DNA of 62,639 bases, counting the filler, from Pirum gemmata (taxonomy: Eukaryota): assembly GCA_002812295.1 (NCBI GenBank). It is 16 parts of 16 records of this genome, joined end to end, with 100 filler letters (N's around TTAATTAATTAA, not from the genome) between each part and the next. Parts side by side here need not be neighbours in the genome. Positions count along the whole stretch, not along the records: positions 1 to 3,352 come from PDIN01002668.1; positions 3,453 to 6,829 come from PDIN01002669.1; positions 6,930 to 10,353 come from PDIN01002670.1; positions 10,454 to 13,841 come from PDIN01002671.1; 12 more parts are not named here. One strand, given 5' to 3'. The first letter of the stretch is position 1. Each line of letters opens with the position of its first letter. A program made the translations under genes and the position numbers. This document shows, piece by piece, positions 1-12,166 of the stretch. The notes beneath the pieces were generated by a model. That model made no database searches. It worked only from the letters and a program-made list of their open reading frames with translations, and was not told where the DNA came from.

Positions 1-180
1 TATATAATAAAATATACCAAATTAAATGAAACGGATTTACATTATATTAATTTGGTATCATTTATTGTATATTTTATGATGACAAAACAACTGAAAAGCA
101 CATAATAGAAAGAAAGAGTTTCAGAAAGAGTTTAGAATAAAAAGTCAAGTCAAAAAAAATACTTACATTTTGAAATCATG

Positions 181-402
181 AGGGGTGAGATATCTACTGG
201 AACTTTTTTCGAACAGATGCTTATCGAGCTAACCTTAGTTCCGTGTTCCTTACTAATAATAACAGTTAAATAGCTTAAAATAGTAAATCTAATTATAGTA
301 GTAACCAATTAAAGTAATAATATTAACATTAATAGTGATAAAAACCATAAAAATCGGAAAAATTCCAGCAGCTGTTATATAAAATGACGTCATCTCACCC
401 CT
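181..402. mobile_element. MITE family B copy 1 (TIR AGGGGTGAGAT...ATCTCACCCCT)
   Basis: 11-bp perfect terminal inverted repeat; diverged reverse-complement copy at 42393-42618 on another contig. Confidence 0.8.
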
Positions 403-438
403 ACTATGATGGTTCTGTTAATAAATATAATATATATG

Positions 439-645
439 GTGCTTTTCATTTATTTTGGCACTCTGAATATTTATTTGGAGAGTTATTATACTATTTAAAT
501 TTACATTCTTAAAATTCAATACAATGTCATAGATAATATTAATAAAAATACACCAAATTAAATCAAAAGGATTTATATTGCATTAATTTTATAATATTTA
601 TTGTATATTAAAAATTTTTATGATGACAAAACAACTGAAAAACAC
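439..645 (+). mobile_element. MITE family A (Tc1/mariner-like, TA-flanked)
   Basis: GTGCTTTTCATTTATTTTGGCA...TGACAAAACAACTGAAAAACAC ~22-bp imperfect TIR; further full or partial copies at 1-101, 908-1093, 2485-2651, 2700-2841, 6738-6829, 15353-15480, 17025-17146, 42241-42367, 51220-51309. Confidence 0.85.
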
Positions 646-660
646 TATCGGTGATATATA

Positions 661-832
661 TTGTTTTTTTTTTTTATTTATGTAGTTTTCGCACATCGTT
701 CTCAGTTAAGTACCTCCAATGTATAGCGGGGTGTCCCTCCGGTAGCGACTGGATCTAGCACCCTTTCTTTTTTGTTTCGACATTTGACAGTGCTGGCAGC
801 GGATCGAACCGCTAACCTTTAGGTTTTGAGAC
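661..832 (-). mobile_element. tRNA-derived SINE-like element (5' end lost in gap)
   Basis: Minus strand reads GTCTCAAAACCTAAAGGTTAGCGGTTCGATCCGCTGCCAGCA (anticodon loop, T-arm, B-box-like), then a ~100-nt GC-richer body and an A-rich tail. Confidence 0.55.
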
Positions 833-2024
833 NNNNNNNNNNNNNNNNNNNNNNNNNNNNNNNNNNNNNNNNNNNNNNNNNNNNNNNNNNNNNNNNNNNN
901 NNNNNNNAATTATTTTGTCACTCTGAATATAATTATGCATATTTATTTGGTGATTTATAACCTTTTTAAATTGACATTTTTAAACGAATAAATAGATAAT
1001 AAAAAATACCAAATTAAATAAAATGGATTTATATTGTATTACTTTGGTACTCTTTATTGTATATTTTATTATGACAAAATAAATGAAAAGCACTATGTAT
1101 TCTTGAAAACGTCGTTACCGGCAATAGTGAGTTTTATCAAGAGAACCTGAAACAGTCCAAATAGTAGGTGGGGAAAATATAATCAATAATATGAAGCATT
1201 TTTGGTATCTTTAAAAATATCAACAATAACGATCCTCCACAATATTCGTCATTTGAAAACAGCAGTTGTTTAAAAAGGAAGAAAATTTTTCTTTATTAAT
1301 TACATCATCATCAACAACGTCTACTATAAATCTTTGAATATATTGGCAAATTGTTTGACTTTGTCAAAAATAATTTTTATAAAGACAAAATAAACCACAA
1401 GAGATGCAAGATTACTTTTAGAACTTGTATTTTCTAACTTGTATATTATATTTTCCAAAAGACATTAAAAAATAGTTTCTTGTTAGACTATAAAATATAG
1501 ATCATCTTTTAGGAGTTCTTTTGTAAACTTCAAAGTTTTATATATAAATAGGTGATTATAGGTCAAAGTTGTTAAACTTATCCAACGCTGTATCGAAGTA
1601 CATTTTTGTGTTTATAAATTATTTTTACTTTTTTATCTATTGTTCAGGAACCAGGAAAAGGGCTGCTTCAGAGCTTCTTACTCTTCTTGCTATCTATCTA
1701 GACTGAGTCAGTGAGCCTCTCTCGAGATATTTTATAGTATATATATGTATATATATTATATATATATTATACTATATTAAAAAGTATTCCAATTTTATAA
1801 TAATCAGAATAATAATTAGAATAATACATCATTATTCATGTAAAATCTACATCAATATGATGTATAATTGACTCTCCTATGAAATTAAATATATATTCTG
1901 CCATATAATTTATAATAGATAAATCATAATAGACTATATATAATTATATATTAATTAAATATATTAATATTTAGTTATAAAGTAAACAATATATATAATA
2001 TTATTATTATTAATACTATGAATT

Positions 2025-2210
2025 GCTTTTCATTTATTTGGTCACTCCGAATATTTATTTGGAGGGATATAATCTTTAAATTAACATTTTTAAATATATA
2101 GATAGTTAATGAAGTATACCAAATTAAATTAAATGGATTTATATTGTATTAATTTGGTACTATTTTTATTGTATATTTTATGATGACAAAACAATTGAAA
2201 ATCAAAGCAC
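2025..2210 (+). mobile_element. MITE family A
   Basis: Same TIRs and internal sequence as 439-645. Confidence 0.8.
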
Positions 2211-2218
2211 TATATATA

Positions 2219-2290
2219 CCTAACCCTAACCCTAACCCTAAACTTAACCCTAACCCTAACCCTAACCCTAACCCTAACCCTAACCCTAAC
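2219..2290. repeat. Interstitial (CCCTAA)n telomere-like repeat
   Basis: About 12 hexamer units inside the contig. Confidence 0.95.
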
Positions 2291-3045
2291 AGTACTAAAT
2301 AACCCTAACCCAAGCCCCTACCAATCCCCTTGCTAACTTAAACCGAACACTATATGGTATTCATACTGTTGAGTTTTAATAATTCTCATTGTGCCACAAA
2401 CGAGACTAGCTAGTAGAACAAACAGTGATGTGTAATCATGTGTTTGAACAAAAACGAAGTGCAGAAATTTGCAGTATTTCTACCTCATTTATTTTGTCAC
2501 TTTTAATTTAATTATTTATTTGGTACTTTTAAGTTTATAAGCATGGTTATTTTAAATTGAAATATAAATTATTAAACACGCCAAGTTAATTAAATTGTAT
2601 CAAATAAAGTTGATATACGTATTCTATTATGACAAAATAACTGAAAAGCACAATAGACGGGGTCTATATAAACATCTGAATATAAAAACAAGATTATTTT
2701 AAATTGAAATATTAATATAAATTATTAAACACGCCAAGTTAATTAGTTGATATAGCTGTTGATATAGTATTAATTTGTTATTTTTTACTGCGTATTCTGG
2801 AATCATTATGACAAAATAACTGAAAAACTACTGAAAAGCACAATAGGGGTCTTGAACTGGTCTTGACTACTTCTGGTAGAGTCTACAATCTGTATACAAT
2901 CTACATACGCATATTATGATAGATACTTTTATATAGATTGCCACTTCTAGCTAGCAATAGTCTATAAAAATTCTAGAAAGACTACTGCGAGCACTATAGT
3001 CTGGATAGAATCCTAGGGATAGAATCTGGTCAAAATTCCACCTGT

Positions 3046-3111
<66 letters not shown>

Positions 3112-3352
3112 TTTTGCTATGAGATGAGGAATACACAGTTATTGTTATTATTATCGTACACACAAAGTCACACAAAATAATAATAATAAAAATTAATATT
3201 TTTTTTATATTATATATCATATCAATGATATCATATCATAAAAATAAGTATTATTATATAGCTGCTATAGCTTCACCCGACCCTGGACTACTACTACTAC
3301 TACTAGTACTACTACTACTACTACTACTAATACTACTACTACTACTACTAGT

Positions 3353-3452
3353 NNNNNNNNNNNNNNNNNNNNNNNNNNNNNNNNNNNNNNNNNNNNTTAA
3401 TTAATTAANNNNNNNNNNNNNNNNNNNNNNNNNNNNNNNNNNNNNNNNNNNN
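3353..3452. other. Artificial contig linker N-TTAATTAATTAA-N (first of 15)
   Basis: Identical six-frame-stop 12-mer within N runs at 3397, 6874, 10398, 13886, 17390, 20856, 24339, 27816, 31318, 35495, 39606, 44349, 50098, 53610, 58233. Confidence 0.97.
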
Positions 3453-4485
3453 GAACCAGATGTGAGTTTTTCGGACCTTTTCTATATATTATTAATATTA
3501 TCTATATTATATAATATTATATTATTCAAGTCCTTATTAGAGGTCTATATTAAAATTTGTTTTATATGATAACTTATATAATAATATGATAATATAATAA
3601 TAGTATTAATTGAGAGTTTGATACAGAGCTTCTAGTTTAGCACTAGTTTGTATATTATGTATAATATGCTAATAATTATATATTGATAAATAAAGTGGGT
3701 TTTTTTTAGGAAAAAAAAACAAAAAAAAAAAACTGACTAGAAATTGAAACTTTGACGTCTACTTTGACGTAATTTATATTATATAATAGACTAATATACC
3801 ACTAATATATAAATAATGTCAACACTCACTTTTTTTTTGTTGGGTTCCAAGAAAATTCCACTGTTTGTATATTGTATGAACACATAAAAAAAAAATTACG
3901 CGTGGTATTTACTTCTTTTTTATTGCTCACTTTATTGATCACTTTATTGCTCACTTTATTGCTCACTTTATTGCTTATTTATTTTACACATCACCGATTT
4001 CCGAAATCGAACTCAATTTCTCACTTCGAACTATTTTGATATGTTATTTTATTAATTAGACACTATTATTATCATGATATAAAATTAATACAAATTAGCT
4101 TATTATGATCGGAGTCAGAACAAGCAATCAACTGTGTGCAGTGTATTTATTTTGTTTATGGGCTAAAAACAAGTAGTTCAAAAAGGTAAAAAATTTTAAT
4201 AATATAATTGTATTTCAACATTTCAACACAAGTACAGCAATGAGAATAATATTTTTATAATTTATTAGTCATATTTTTTAAAAACAACAACAACACAACA
4301 AAACGTTAACGATGTCACCACAGTCCACCACCACCACCACAACAACAACAGCAACAACAGGAACACAACAGCAACGTTAACAACACAAGCTTAAATGCAA
4401 CAACAACAACAACTTTTTAACAATATAATTTTGATTTATTTTTTTTTTAAAAAAAAAATTATAACAGTTAACTTTTATATTAATA

Positions 4486-4531
4486 TAATGAAAATACTTG
4501 TATATTATATAATATACAAGTATTTTCATTA
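4486..4531. repeat. Perfect 46-bp palindrome
   Basis: TAATGAAAATACTTGTATATTAT|ATAATATACAAGTATTTTCATTA. Confidence 0.95.
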
Positions 4532-5466
4532 GTGTGGACTGCTACTTTTAAAAAATAATTAATTATTATAATAAGCTAATTTGTATTTATAATATTAATA
4601 ATATTATAGCTATAACTGTAGATACATATTAATATAATATTGAAATTTAGAACAATTTGTAATTAAACTAGCTAGTGTCTAATTATATGTCTATTATATA
4701 ACAACAACAGCAACAACAAGAATAAAACAGCAACGTTAACAACAACAAACTTAAGTGCAACAACAACAACAACGTTAACAATAATATGATTTTAATTTAT
4801 AAATTTATTGATCTTTTATAATAATAATATTAATAATAATAAAAATATTAATATTATTCAATACATTTTCATGTGTGGACTGCTACTAATAAGTCCTGAG
4901 TCTGCTTCCAGAATACATACAGTACTTTAATTTTTTTTAAAAAAAGGCTGCTACGCTATGTATGATAGACCAGTGGGAAATATGATACCATTTATAAATA
5001 AGACAACTACCAATAGCTACATGCTAAAGGGGCGAAAGTAGTAAAAAAACTGTGGTGATTCGTAGGTTAGTTATAAATTATAAATAATAAATTCGGGAAA
5101 TTTTCAAATTTTTTCACAGGTGTGTGTGGCCGATTTCCCTATGAATTTTCCTGAATTTTCTTTAATTTTCTTGAAAGAATCCAATTTCTTCTTTTTAGCT
5201 ATTGAGTTAACCAGCTAATCAAAATTAATTTTTTTTTTTTGATAAAATATATTTATTGAACACCTCGTGGGGCAACATTTGGCCACATAAAGGATCTGTT
5301 AGTAGTCTCTAGTCAACTGTCAACTGCAAATAGTATCGATGCTGCGATGCACGGTCAATACACAAGTGGTGGGTGTAGAGTGTAGACCTAGCTAGTGTTG
5401 AATGCGAACTTGGATTTCTTTCTTTCTTTCTTTCTTAATCCTGAACACAATTTTGAAATATATATC

Positions 5467-5631
5467 GTGCTTTTCAGTTGTTTTGTCATCATAAAATATA
5501 CAATAAAGAGTACCAAATTAATACAATATAAATCCATTTTATTTAATTTGGTATGTTTTATAATCTAATTATTAATTTTAAAAATATCAATTTAAATATT
5601 ATAACCAACAAAATAAATAAATGAAAAGCAC
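5467..5631 (-). mobile_element. MITE family A (reverse orientation, internally deleted)
   Basis: GTGCTTTTCAGTTGTTTTGTCA...AAATGAAAAGCAC. Confidence 0.8.
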
Positions 5632-5760
5632 AATATTTTTTATTTATTGATATCCCTGGTTCTTGAAATAATTTTATTTATTATTTATAAATGGTCATAG
5701 TTATAAAAAAAAAAGGAGAAAAATAATTTTTGCTTTTTTTTTAATGTAATACGATGACAG

Positions 5761-5935
5761 GGAGATGCGGAAAAACTATCGAATCGAGACTAGTTCGAAA
5801 TAATTCGATCTAATTTTTCAATTATGATTTCATTGGGACATTAGACATTTCATAGGAAAAACTGGAAACTCGAATTGTCACTATTTAATAATTAGGAACG
5901 AGCTGTTGAACTCGATTATGTTTTTCCGTATCCCT
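5761..5935. mobile_element. MITE family C
   Basis: TIR GAGATGCGGAAAAAC...GTTTTTCCGTATCCC; related copy at 30831-31047. Confidence 0.7.
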
Positions 5936-7443
5936 CAAACCAGATTTATTTATTTATAATAAAATTTTTTTTTTTAAAAAACAGGAGCTAGCTGCCTGCT
6001 ATCGGATAAACTGCAAAAAATAACATCATTTCCTTCCTTTTTTAGCATATATTATTTTTATTTTTCGTCTAATTTTTTTTCAAGTACAAGTTGCTAAAAA
6101 CGTCCTATTTTTCTAAAAAGACTCTGAAAAGTCCAAGTCCTTTTTTTATATGTTCGAAAATTTCAAATATATTACTTTTAAATTACTTTTATGCTCGAAA
6201 GCTGTCCTACTTTTTCTACTATATCATACTAAAAAGACTCTAAAAAGTCCAAGCCCTTTTTTGATATATTCGAAAATTTCAAATCTATTACTTTTAAAAA
6301 AATTATTTATGCTCGAAAGCTGTGAAACTAGTGAAACCCAAAAGATGGACGTTTTTAAAATTTTTTGCACCATACTCGAGGCTGTGTAAAATTTTTTAAC
6401 TGTTTCTGACTTGTTTCTGACAGTAGCTCCATTAATATTATCTGACTATATGAATTTATGATAATATATCTGTGTAAAATGTAGCACCTTTTTCTTGCAT
6501 CATAATAAATAAAAACATAATAATAATAATTAAAAAAATAGCAAGGACAATTTTTTTTCGGTATCCACAAAATTTTTTTCATGGATTCTTTGAAATATAT
6601 ACGATGTGTACCGCTGTAAGTATGTATAATGTATAATATATATATTACATGTGTATATATTATGATAATAATATTATTATAATACAATCACACGAGTTAA
6701 TTATTAGGACAAGTTAAACTATACTATAATATATAATGCTTTTCATATATTTTGTCACTCCGAATATTTATTTGGTTGTTTATAATGTTTACATTGGTAC
6801 TTTTAAATAAATAAATATATAATAAAATANNNNNNNNNNNNNNNNNNNNNNNNNNNNNNNNNNNNNNNNNNNNTTAATTAATTAANNNNNNNNNNNNNNN
6901 NNNNNNNNNNNNNNNNNNNNNNNNNNNNNGGTTCATAATAGAGTTTTATTAGTCAGATTATTTCTTATTATTTGGTAGCACGTTTATTAAAATTGGATCA
7001 TTTTGAGATTTTTTGGATTTGAGCTCATATGGCGGATGTTGCCATTGTAAGCTCTATCTAGCTAAAAAAAAAAAAATTAAAAAAAAAAAAAAAAGACTAT
7101 CTGGTACTCTGGTAGACTATATAAATAAAAACTACCGGATTATTGTTTTTATTGGTAAAATTTTTTGCTACTTTATGATTCAAAGAATTAAATTGACACA
7201 ATATAATATCTTTATAAAATATACCAAATTATTAAAAAAAGTACAAAAACTACACTAATTGGTACTTTATAACTCATTAATAAATAATACAACAGGCCAA
7301 ATTATTAAACATACCAAATTACTCAAAATCGGCTTTTTTTAAGAGGTCAATAATTAGAAAAAAAGCGCCAAATTATTTTTCAAAACAAAAAAATAATAAT
7401 AAAGATAATAAAAAAAATCCTATTTCATCATAATGATTGATAA

Positions 7444-7595
7444 GGGAGCGTTCACAAATGACGGCAGTTTTTTATAAGAAAAATAAGGAGAAGAATGAAA
7501 GTAAATTTAATAAATAGACTATTAATTAAAAATGGTGGAGCTATTATTAGTGGAAATTAAACCATAAATAAGTATCGTCATTTATGAACGCTCCC
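7444..7595. mobile_element. Tourist/PIF-Harbinger-type MITE with TAA TSD
   Basis: TAA|GGGAGCGTTCACAAATGACG...CGTCATTTATGAACGCTCCC|TAA: 20-bp TIR with one mismatch and a 3-bp TAA duplication. Confidence 0.85.
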
Positions 7596-7694
7596 TAATG
7601 TATATGATTTCTAAAGGATTTATTAGGAAAGTACAATGCAATTCTATCTCTTTGATAGTATAGACTAGTGCTTTTCAGTTGTTTTGGATAATAA

Positions 7695-8170
7695 TAAACA
7701 AACAAACAACAACAAACAATAAAAATAAGAATAATAATAAAACAACAACAAACAACAAACAACAAACAACACAGCAACAAACAACAAACAACAAACAACA
7801 AACAACAAACAAACAACAACAAACAACAACAAATTTAATTAAACAGCAAACAACAACAAAAACAAACAACAAACAACAAACAAACAACAAACAAACAACA
7901 ACAAACAACAACAAATTTAATTAAACAGCAAACAACAACAAAAACAAACAACAAACAACAAACAACAGCAAACAACAAACAACAAACAACAAACAACAAA
8001 CAAACAAACAACAAACAACAAACAACAAACAACAAACAACAAACAACAAACAACAAACAACAAACAACAAACAACAAACAACAACAAATAGCAACAAAAA
8101 CAAACCACAAACCACAAACAACAATAAACAACAACAAACAACAATAACGTTAATTGTAACAACAACAACG

Positions 8171-8203
<33 letters not shown>

Positions 8204-8204
8204 T
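7695..8204. repeat. (ACAAACA/CAA)n simple repeat
   Basis: Direct inspection. Confidence 0.95.
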
Positions 8205-8380
8205 TGTAAAATACCCTCAGTAATGATGAATATAGTGGAAGGAGTATTAATAGTACTTAAAAGTGCGCAAAAGAACATAAAATTATAATATTATATCATT
8301 AAAAAAAAATTGTATTATAAAAACAATTACAAGTTTCTAATATATTATTTATAATGCAAAAATGATAATTAAATAATATC

Positions 8381-8567
8381 GTGCTTTTCATTTATTTATT
8401 TTGTCCTTCTGAATATTTATTTGGAGGGTTATAATCTTTAAAAGTTGCCATTTTTAAATCAATAAGTAGATAATAAAAAATACCAAATTAAATAAAATGG
8501 ATTTATATTGTATTAATTTGGTACCATTTATTGTTTATTTTATGATGACAAAACAAATGAAAAGCAC
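8381..8567 (+). mobile_element. MITE family A (complete)
   Basis: TA-TC-GTGCTTTTCA...TGAAAAGCAC-TA-TA. Confidence 0.85.
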
Positions 8568-8774
8568 TATAGTAGTAATAATTATATAGAAGTGAATTGA
8601 ACAGATAAAATTCATATATAATTACAATGTAAAAATGACAATATTATAATTAATTTATATTAATAATAATATATTATATAATAACAATAATAATAATAAA
8701 AACAAAAAACCTGGTTGACACAATTGTGCTTTATATAAAATGTATACGCAGTGGGAGGGTTTAATAATAAAGTA

Positions 8775-9017
8775 AGGGTTAGGGTTAGGGTTAGGGTTAG
8801 GGTTAGGGTTAAGGTTAAGGTTAGGGTTAGGGTTAGGGTTAGGGTTAGGGTTAGGGTTAGGGTTATAATTAGGGTTAGGGTTAGGTTAGGGTTAGGGTTA
8901 GGCTATAGGGTTAGGGTTAGGTTAGGGTTAGGGTTAGGGTTAGGGTTAGGGTTAGGGTTAGGGTTAGGCTATAGGGTTAGGGTTAGGGTTAGGCTATAGG
9001 GTTAGGGTTAGGGTTAG
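8775..9017. repeat. Interstitial (TTAGGG)n array with variants
   Basis: Direct inspection. Confidence 0.95.
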
Positions 9018-9577
9018 TTCCTAACTAGTTTATTAAAAAAACCATAATATTTATCTCACATTATTCATCATGATCATTTTAACCTTTTATTAGTTATTAA
9101 TTATATAATATCGTTATCCAGTTACCAATATGAACTTCTTTAGTAGCCAATTGTCTAATATTTAAGAAATGTAATAACTTTTTTATTATAACTTAATTAA
9201 ACACGTTTTGACAGTGTTTTGACAGTGTTTTGACGTAAAATCCAAAATAAAAAAAATGCATATTTGAAATTTGAATGCATTTTTTAGTTAAATATACATA
9301 TCAGACCGACCTACAGCTAAAACAGCTGCTAAACCCCTGGCCCAGTGACCCCTGACCCCTGTAAGGTACTAATAATAATTTAATATTTTAATGAAGTTTA
9401 TATTATTATAATATAATTTATTTATACTGCAGCTGTGCATTTTGATTAAGGGTTATTATAATATAATTCATATTATAATTATTATTTATTAAATAATAAT
9501 ATAATAATATTGTCATATGATATTCCTCAGCATACAATAAGGTTAGGATTAGGGTCTAGAGTTATATAATTAATTAC

Positions 9578-9943
9578 TTAGGGTTAGGATTAGGGTTAGG
9601 ATTAGGATTAGGGTTAGGGTTAGGGTTAGGATTAGGATCAGGGTTAGGGTTAGGGTTAGGGTTAGGGTTAGGGTTAGGGTTAGGGTTAGGGTTAGGGTTA
9701 GGGTTAGGGTTAGGGTTAGGGTTAGGGTTAGGGTNNNNNNNNNNNNNNNNNNNNNNNNNNNNNNNNNNNNNNNNNNNNNNNNNNNNNNGTTAAGGTTAGG
9801 GTTAGGGTTAGGGTTAGGGTTAAGGTTAGGGTTAGGGTTAGAGTTAGGGTTAGAGTTAGAGTTAGGGTTAGAGTTAGGGTTAGAGTTAGAGTTAGGGTTA
9901 GAGTTAGAGTTAGGGTTAGGGTAGTAAGAGTTAGAGTTAGGTT
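9578..9943. repeat. (TTAGGG/TTAGGA/TTAGAG)n array spanning a gap
   Basis: Direct inspection. Confidence 0.95.
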
Positions 9944-10594
9944 CTATCAAAGCCCTACTAGAGGGTTAGGTTTAGTTAGGATTAGAACTTTTAGAAGGCT
10001 AGAGTCCCTAGTAGACCCCCCCCTGTTAGCTAGCTAGCTAGCTAGTAGTAGGTTAGCCATACGTCGCAGCCAAACGTCGACTGGCTGCCCATTCTTATCA
10101 GTTTTCTAAAGTCTAGTTTTACCTAGCTAGTTTTACCTAGTTTTACCCAGCTACTATTGGCCTATTAGCCAGGTACTATCGTATCGTATCTAGGCTCTAT
10201 ATAGTTTTAAAGGCTACCAAATTAATTATGAACTAAATTTTAAATTATAATTTATAAATAATTAAATGAAATTGTTTTTTTTTATTTTGTTTTTTTTTTT
10301 TACAAAAAAGGCTCAATTATCGATTTAAAAATACCAAATAGTTTTTTTTTTTANNNNNNNNNNNNNNNNNNNNNNNNNNNNNNNNNNNNNNNNNNNNTTA
10401 ATTAATTAANNNNNNNNNNNNNNNNNNNNNNNNNNNNNNNNNNNNNNNNNNNNAATAATAATAATAATTTTAAATAATTAAATGTACTGAAGAATCATTA
10501 GGATAATAGTGAATAAATCTTTTTTTAAAACAATAGAAAATAATATACTGAAGAATTAAACTTACAAATTTTCTACAATTTTATTTTTTATTGA

Positions 10595-11998
10595 CTAATA
10601 GGACTGCAATTGTGTTAAACTGGGGTTACACTGTGAAGTTGGCCTTGCTTTATATTTATAATTTCCCCTTTTGTATGTATAATTCAAGTATGTGGCTTCT
10701 ATTTCAGTACTTTCTGTGTTAGGAAGTGTAAAGGATTGCGGGGTAATATTTGGCATTTGCTGTTGGTTGTTAGTATCAGAGCGTGATGGGAAAGTTTTGT
10801 GTGTTTGTAAAGAAGATTGTGAGGTTGTTGATTTTGTAATTGCATTCGACATACGATAATTTTGATATAAACAATTTGAACTTTCAGATATATGTTGTTC
10901 TGAGCTCAACTTATTTTGTTCTGATATATTAACACTGTCTGAGCGCCCATGACTTATTTTAGGTGCCCCTTTTGGCACTTCATCGTAAAAGTGTTCCAAT
11001 TGTTTATTTATATTACCTATAACACTAATAGATCGAGGTCGTTCTTTTGTTTTTCGTTGAGGCAAATCATACGGGCCTTCCTGTTTATCGTTCCAATTAT
11101 TGTTGCTTCTGTTGTTGTTTGAGTTGCTGTTATTGGCAGTTTGTTTATAATTATAATACTGGCTCTTGGAAAGTTCAGACTCCGCAGGTAGAATAAGAGA
11201 GTTTCGATAAGGATTACTTTTACCTTTTACTTGTTGTTGTTGTTGTTTTTGTTGTTGTTGACTTTGGAATAATTGCTGTTGTTCTTGTTGTTGTTGCTGT
11301 AATTGTTGTAGTTGTATTAGTTGTTGTTGTTGTAATTCTTGACGTTGTAAACGTAATTGTTCCATTTGAAGCTCAATATGTTGTTGTTGTAATCTTAGTT
11401 GCTCTTGTTGTTGTTTCAAATCCAATTGATGAATAGAACTAACCCCTTGCGAAATACGCTTTTGTTGTTTGGTAAGTGTTAAAGAATCGCTATCAGTCAT
11501 ATCCACCATGGACATCGGTCTTCTTTCACTACTGCGTAGCCCTTTTCTTAACCTAGGCATGGGGTTTTGTGATGAGTTGGAAACTGGGGCAATCGGAATC
11601 TCGAGTTTAATTTCTTTTCCTAATTCAAACTCTTTGTAAAAAGATATTATTTCCTCTGCATTGTAAAAAATTTTGCCTTTTGCGCTGGTCGATTTGAAGT
11701 GAACAACTTCATTGGAGAACCTAAAGTGTTTAACGCCCGTTTTGCTTTGTATTGAGATAACTAAATCTTTTTGGTGGTTGTTATCGATATTGTTGATATC
11801 ACCTTTTTCTTGATCAGAAGTTACTTTAGATTGAACAACACTATCTTTGCTTTGGAGAAAATAGCTTTTGCTCACACCATCTCGAATTAAATAACTGTTT
11901 GGGCTGGTATTTTTTAATAGATTTTGCGCTTCTTCTCTTAAAATGTTTTTGTGATAGCATTCTCTTATTGTTGGGGAATTTTCGTCGAATAGTAACAT
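10595..11998 (-). CDS. SH2-domain protein with poly-Q coiled coil and Tyr-motif-rich tail (an upstream exon is possible)
   Basis: 467-aa ORF; CYHKNILREEAQNLLKNTSPNSYLIRDG matches the SH2 WYHG..SREEAE.LL....G.FLIR motif; VKHFRF beta-D-like strand; possible AG acceptor just upstream of the ATG. Confidence 0.85.
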   Translation of the reverse strand: MLLFDENSPTIRECYHKNILREEAQNLLKNTSPNSYLIRDGVSKSYFLQSKDSVVQSKVTSDQEKGDINNIDNNHQKDLVISIQSKTGVKHFRFSNEVVHFKSTSAKGKIFYNAEEIISFYKEFELGKEIKLEIPIAPVSNSSQNPMPRLRKGLRSSERRPMSMVDMTDSDSLTLTKQQKRISQGVSSIHQLDLKQQQEQLRLQQQHIELQMEQLRLQRQELQQQQLIQLQQLQQQQQEQQQLFQSQQQQKQQQQQVKGKSNPYRNSLILPAESELSKSQYYNYKQTANNSNSNNNRSNNNWNDKQEGPYDLPQRKTKERPRSISVIGNINKQLEHFYDEVPKGAPKISHGRSDSVNISEQNKLSSEQHISESSNCLYQNYRMSNAITKSTTSQSSLQTHKTFPSRSDTNNQQQMPNITPQSFTLPNTESTEIEATYLNYTYKRGNYKYKARPTSQCNPSLTQLQSY

Positions 11999-12127
11999 TT
12001 TCCCCTCTATTTTTTAAATTTCGAAATATATTAACAACTATTATTTATGATACTATTACTGTTAGTATTATTACTACTATTAGTATACGTACCCGTACTA
12101 TTGGTATTAATTAATTACTAATATCAA

Positions 12128-12166
<39 letters not shown>

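Noticed and set aside
3397..3408. Recurrent TTAATTAATTAA as a biological motif or CRISPR-like repeat
   Set aside because: Always embedded in fixed-length N runs; it is a six-frame stop linker.
7595..9950. Many ORFs in the track with poly-V/C/L, VRVR or NPNP translations (also 24900-25191, 29041-29613, 35499-36932, 40372-41232, 45001-45689, 58640-60132, 62044-62563)
   Set aside because: They are translations of microsatellites or telomeric repeats that lack stop codons.
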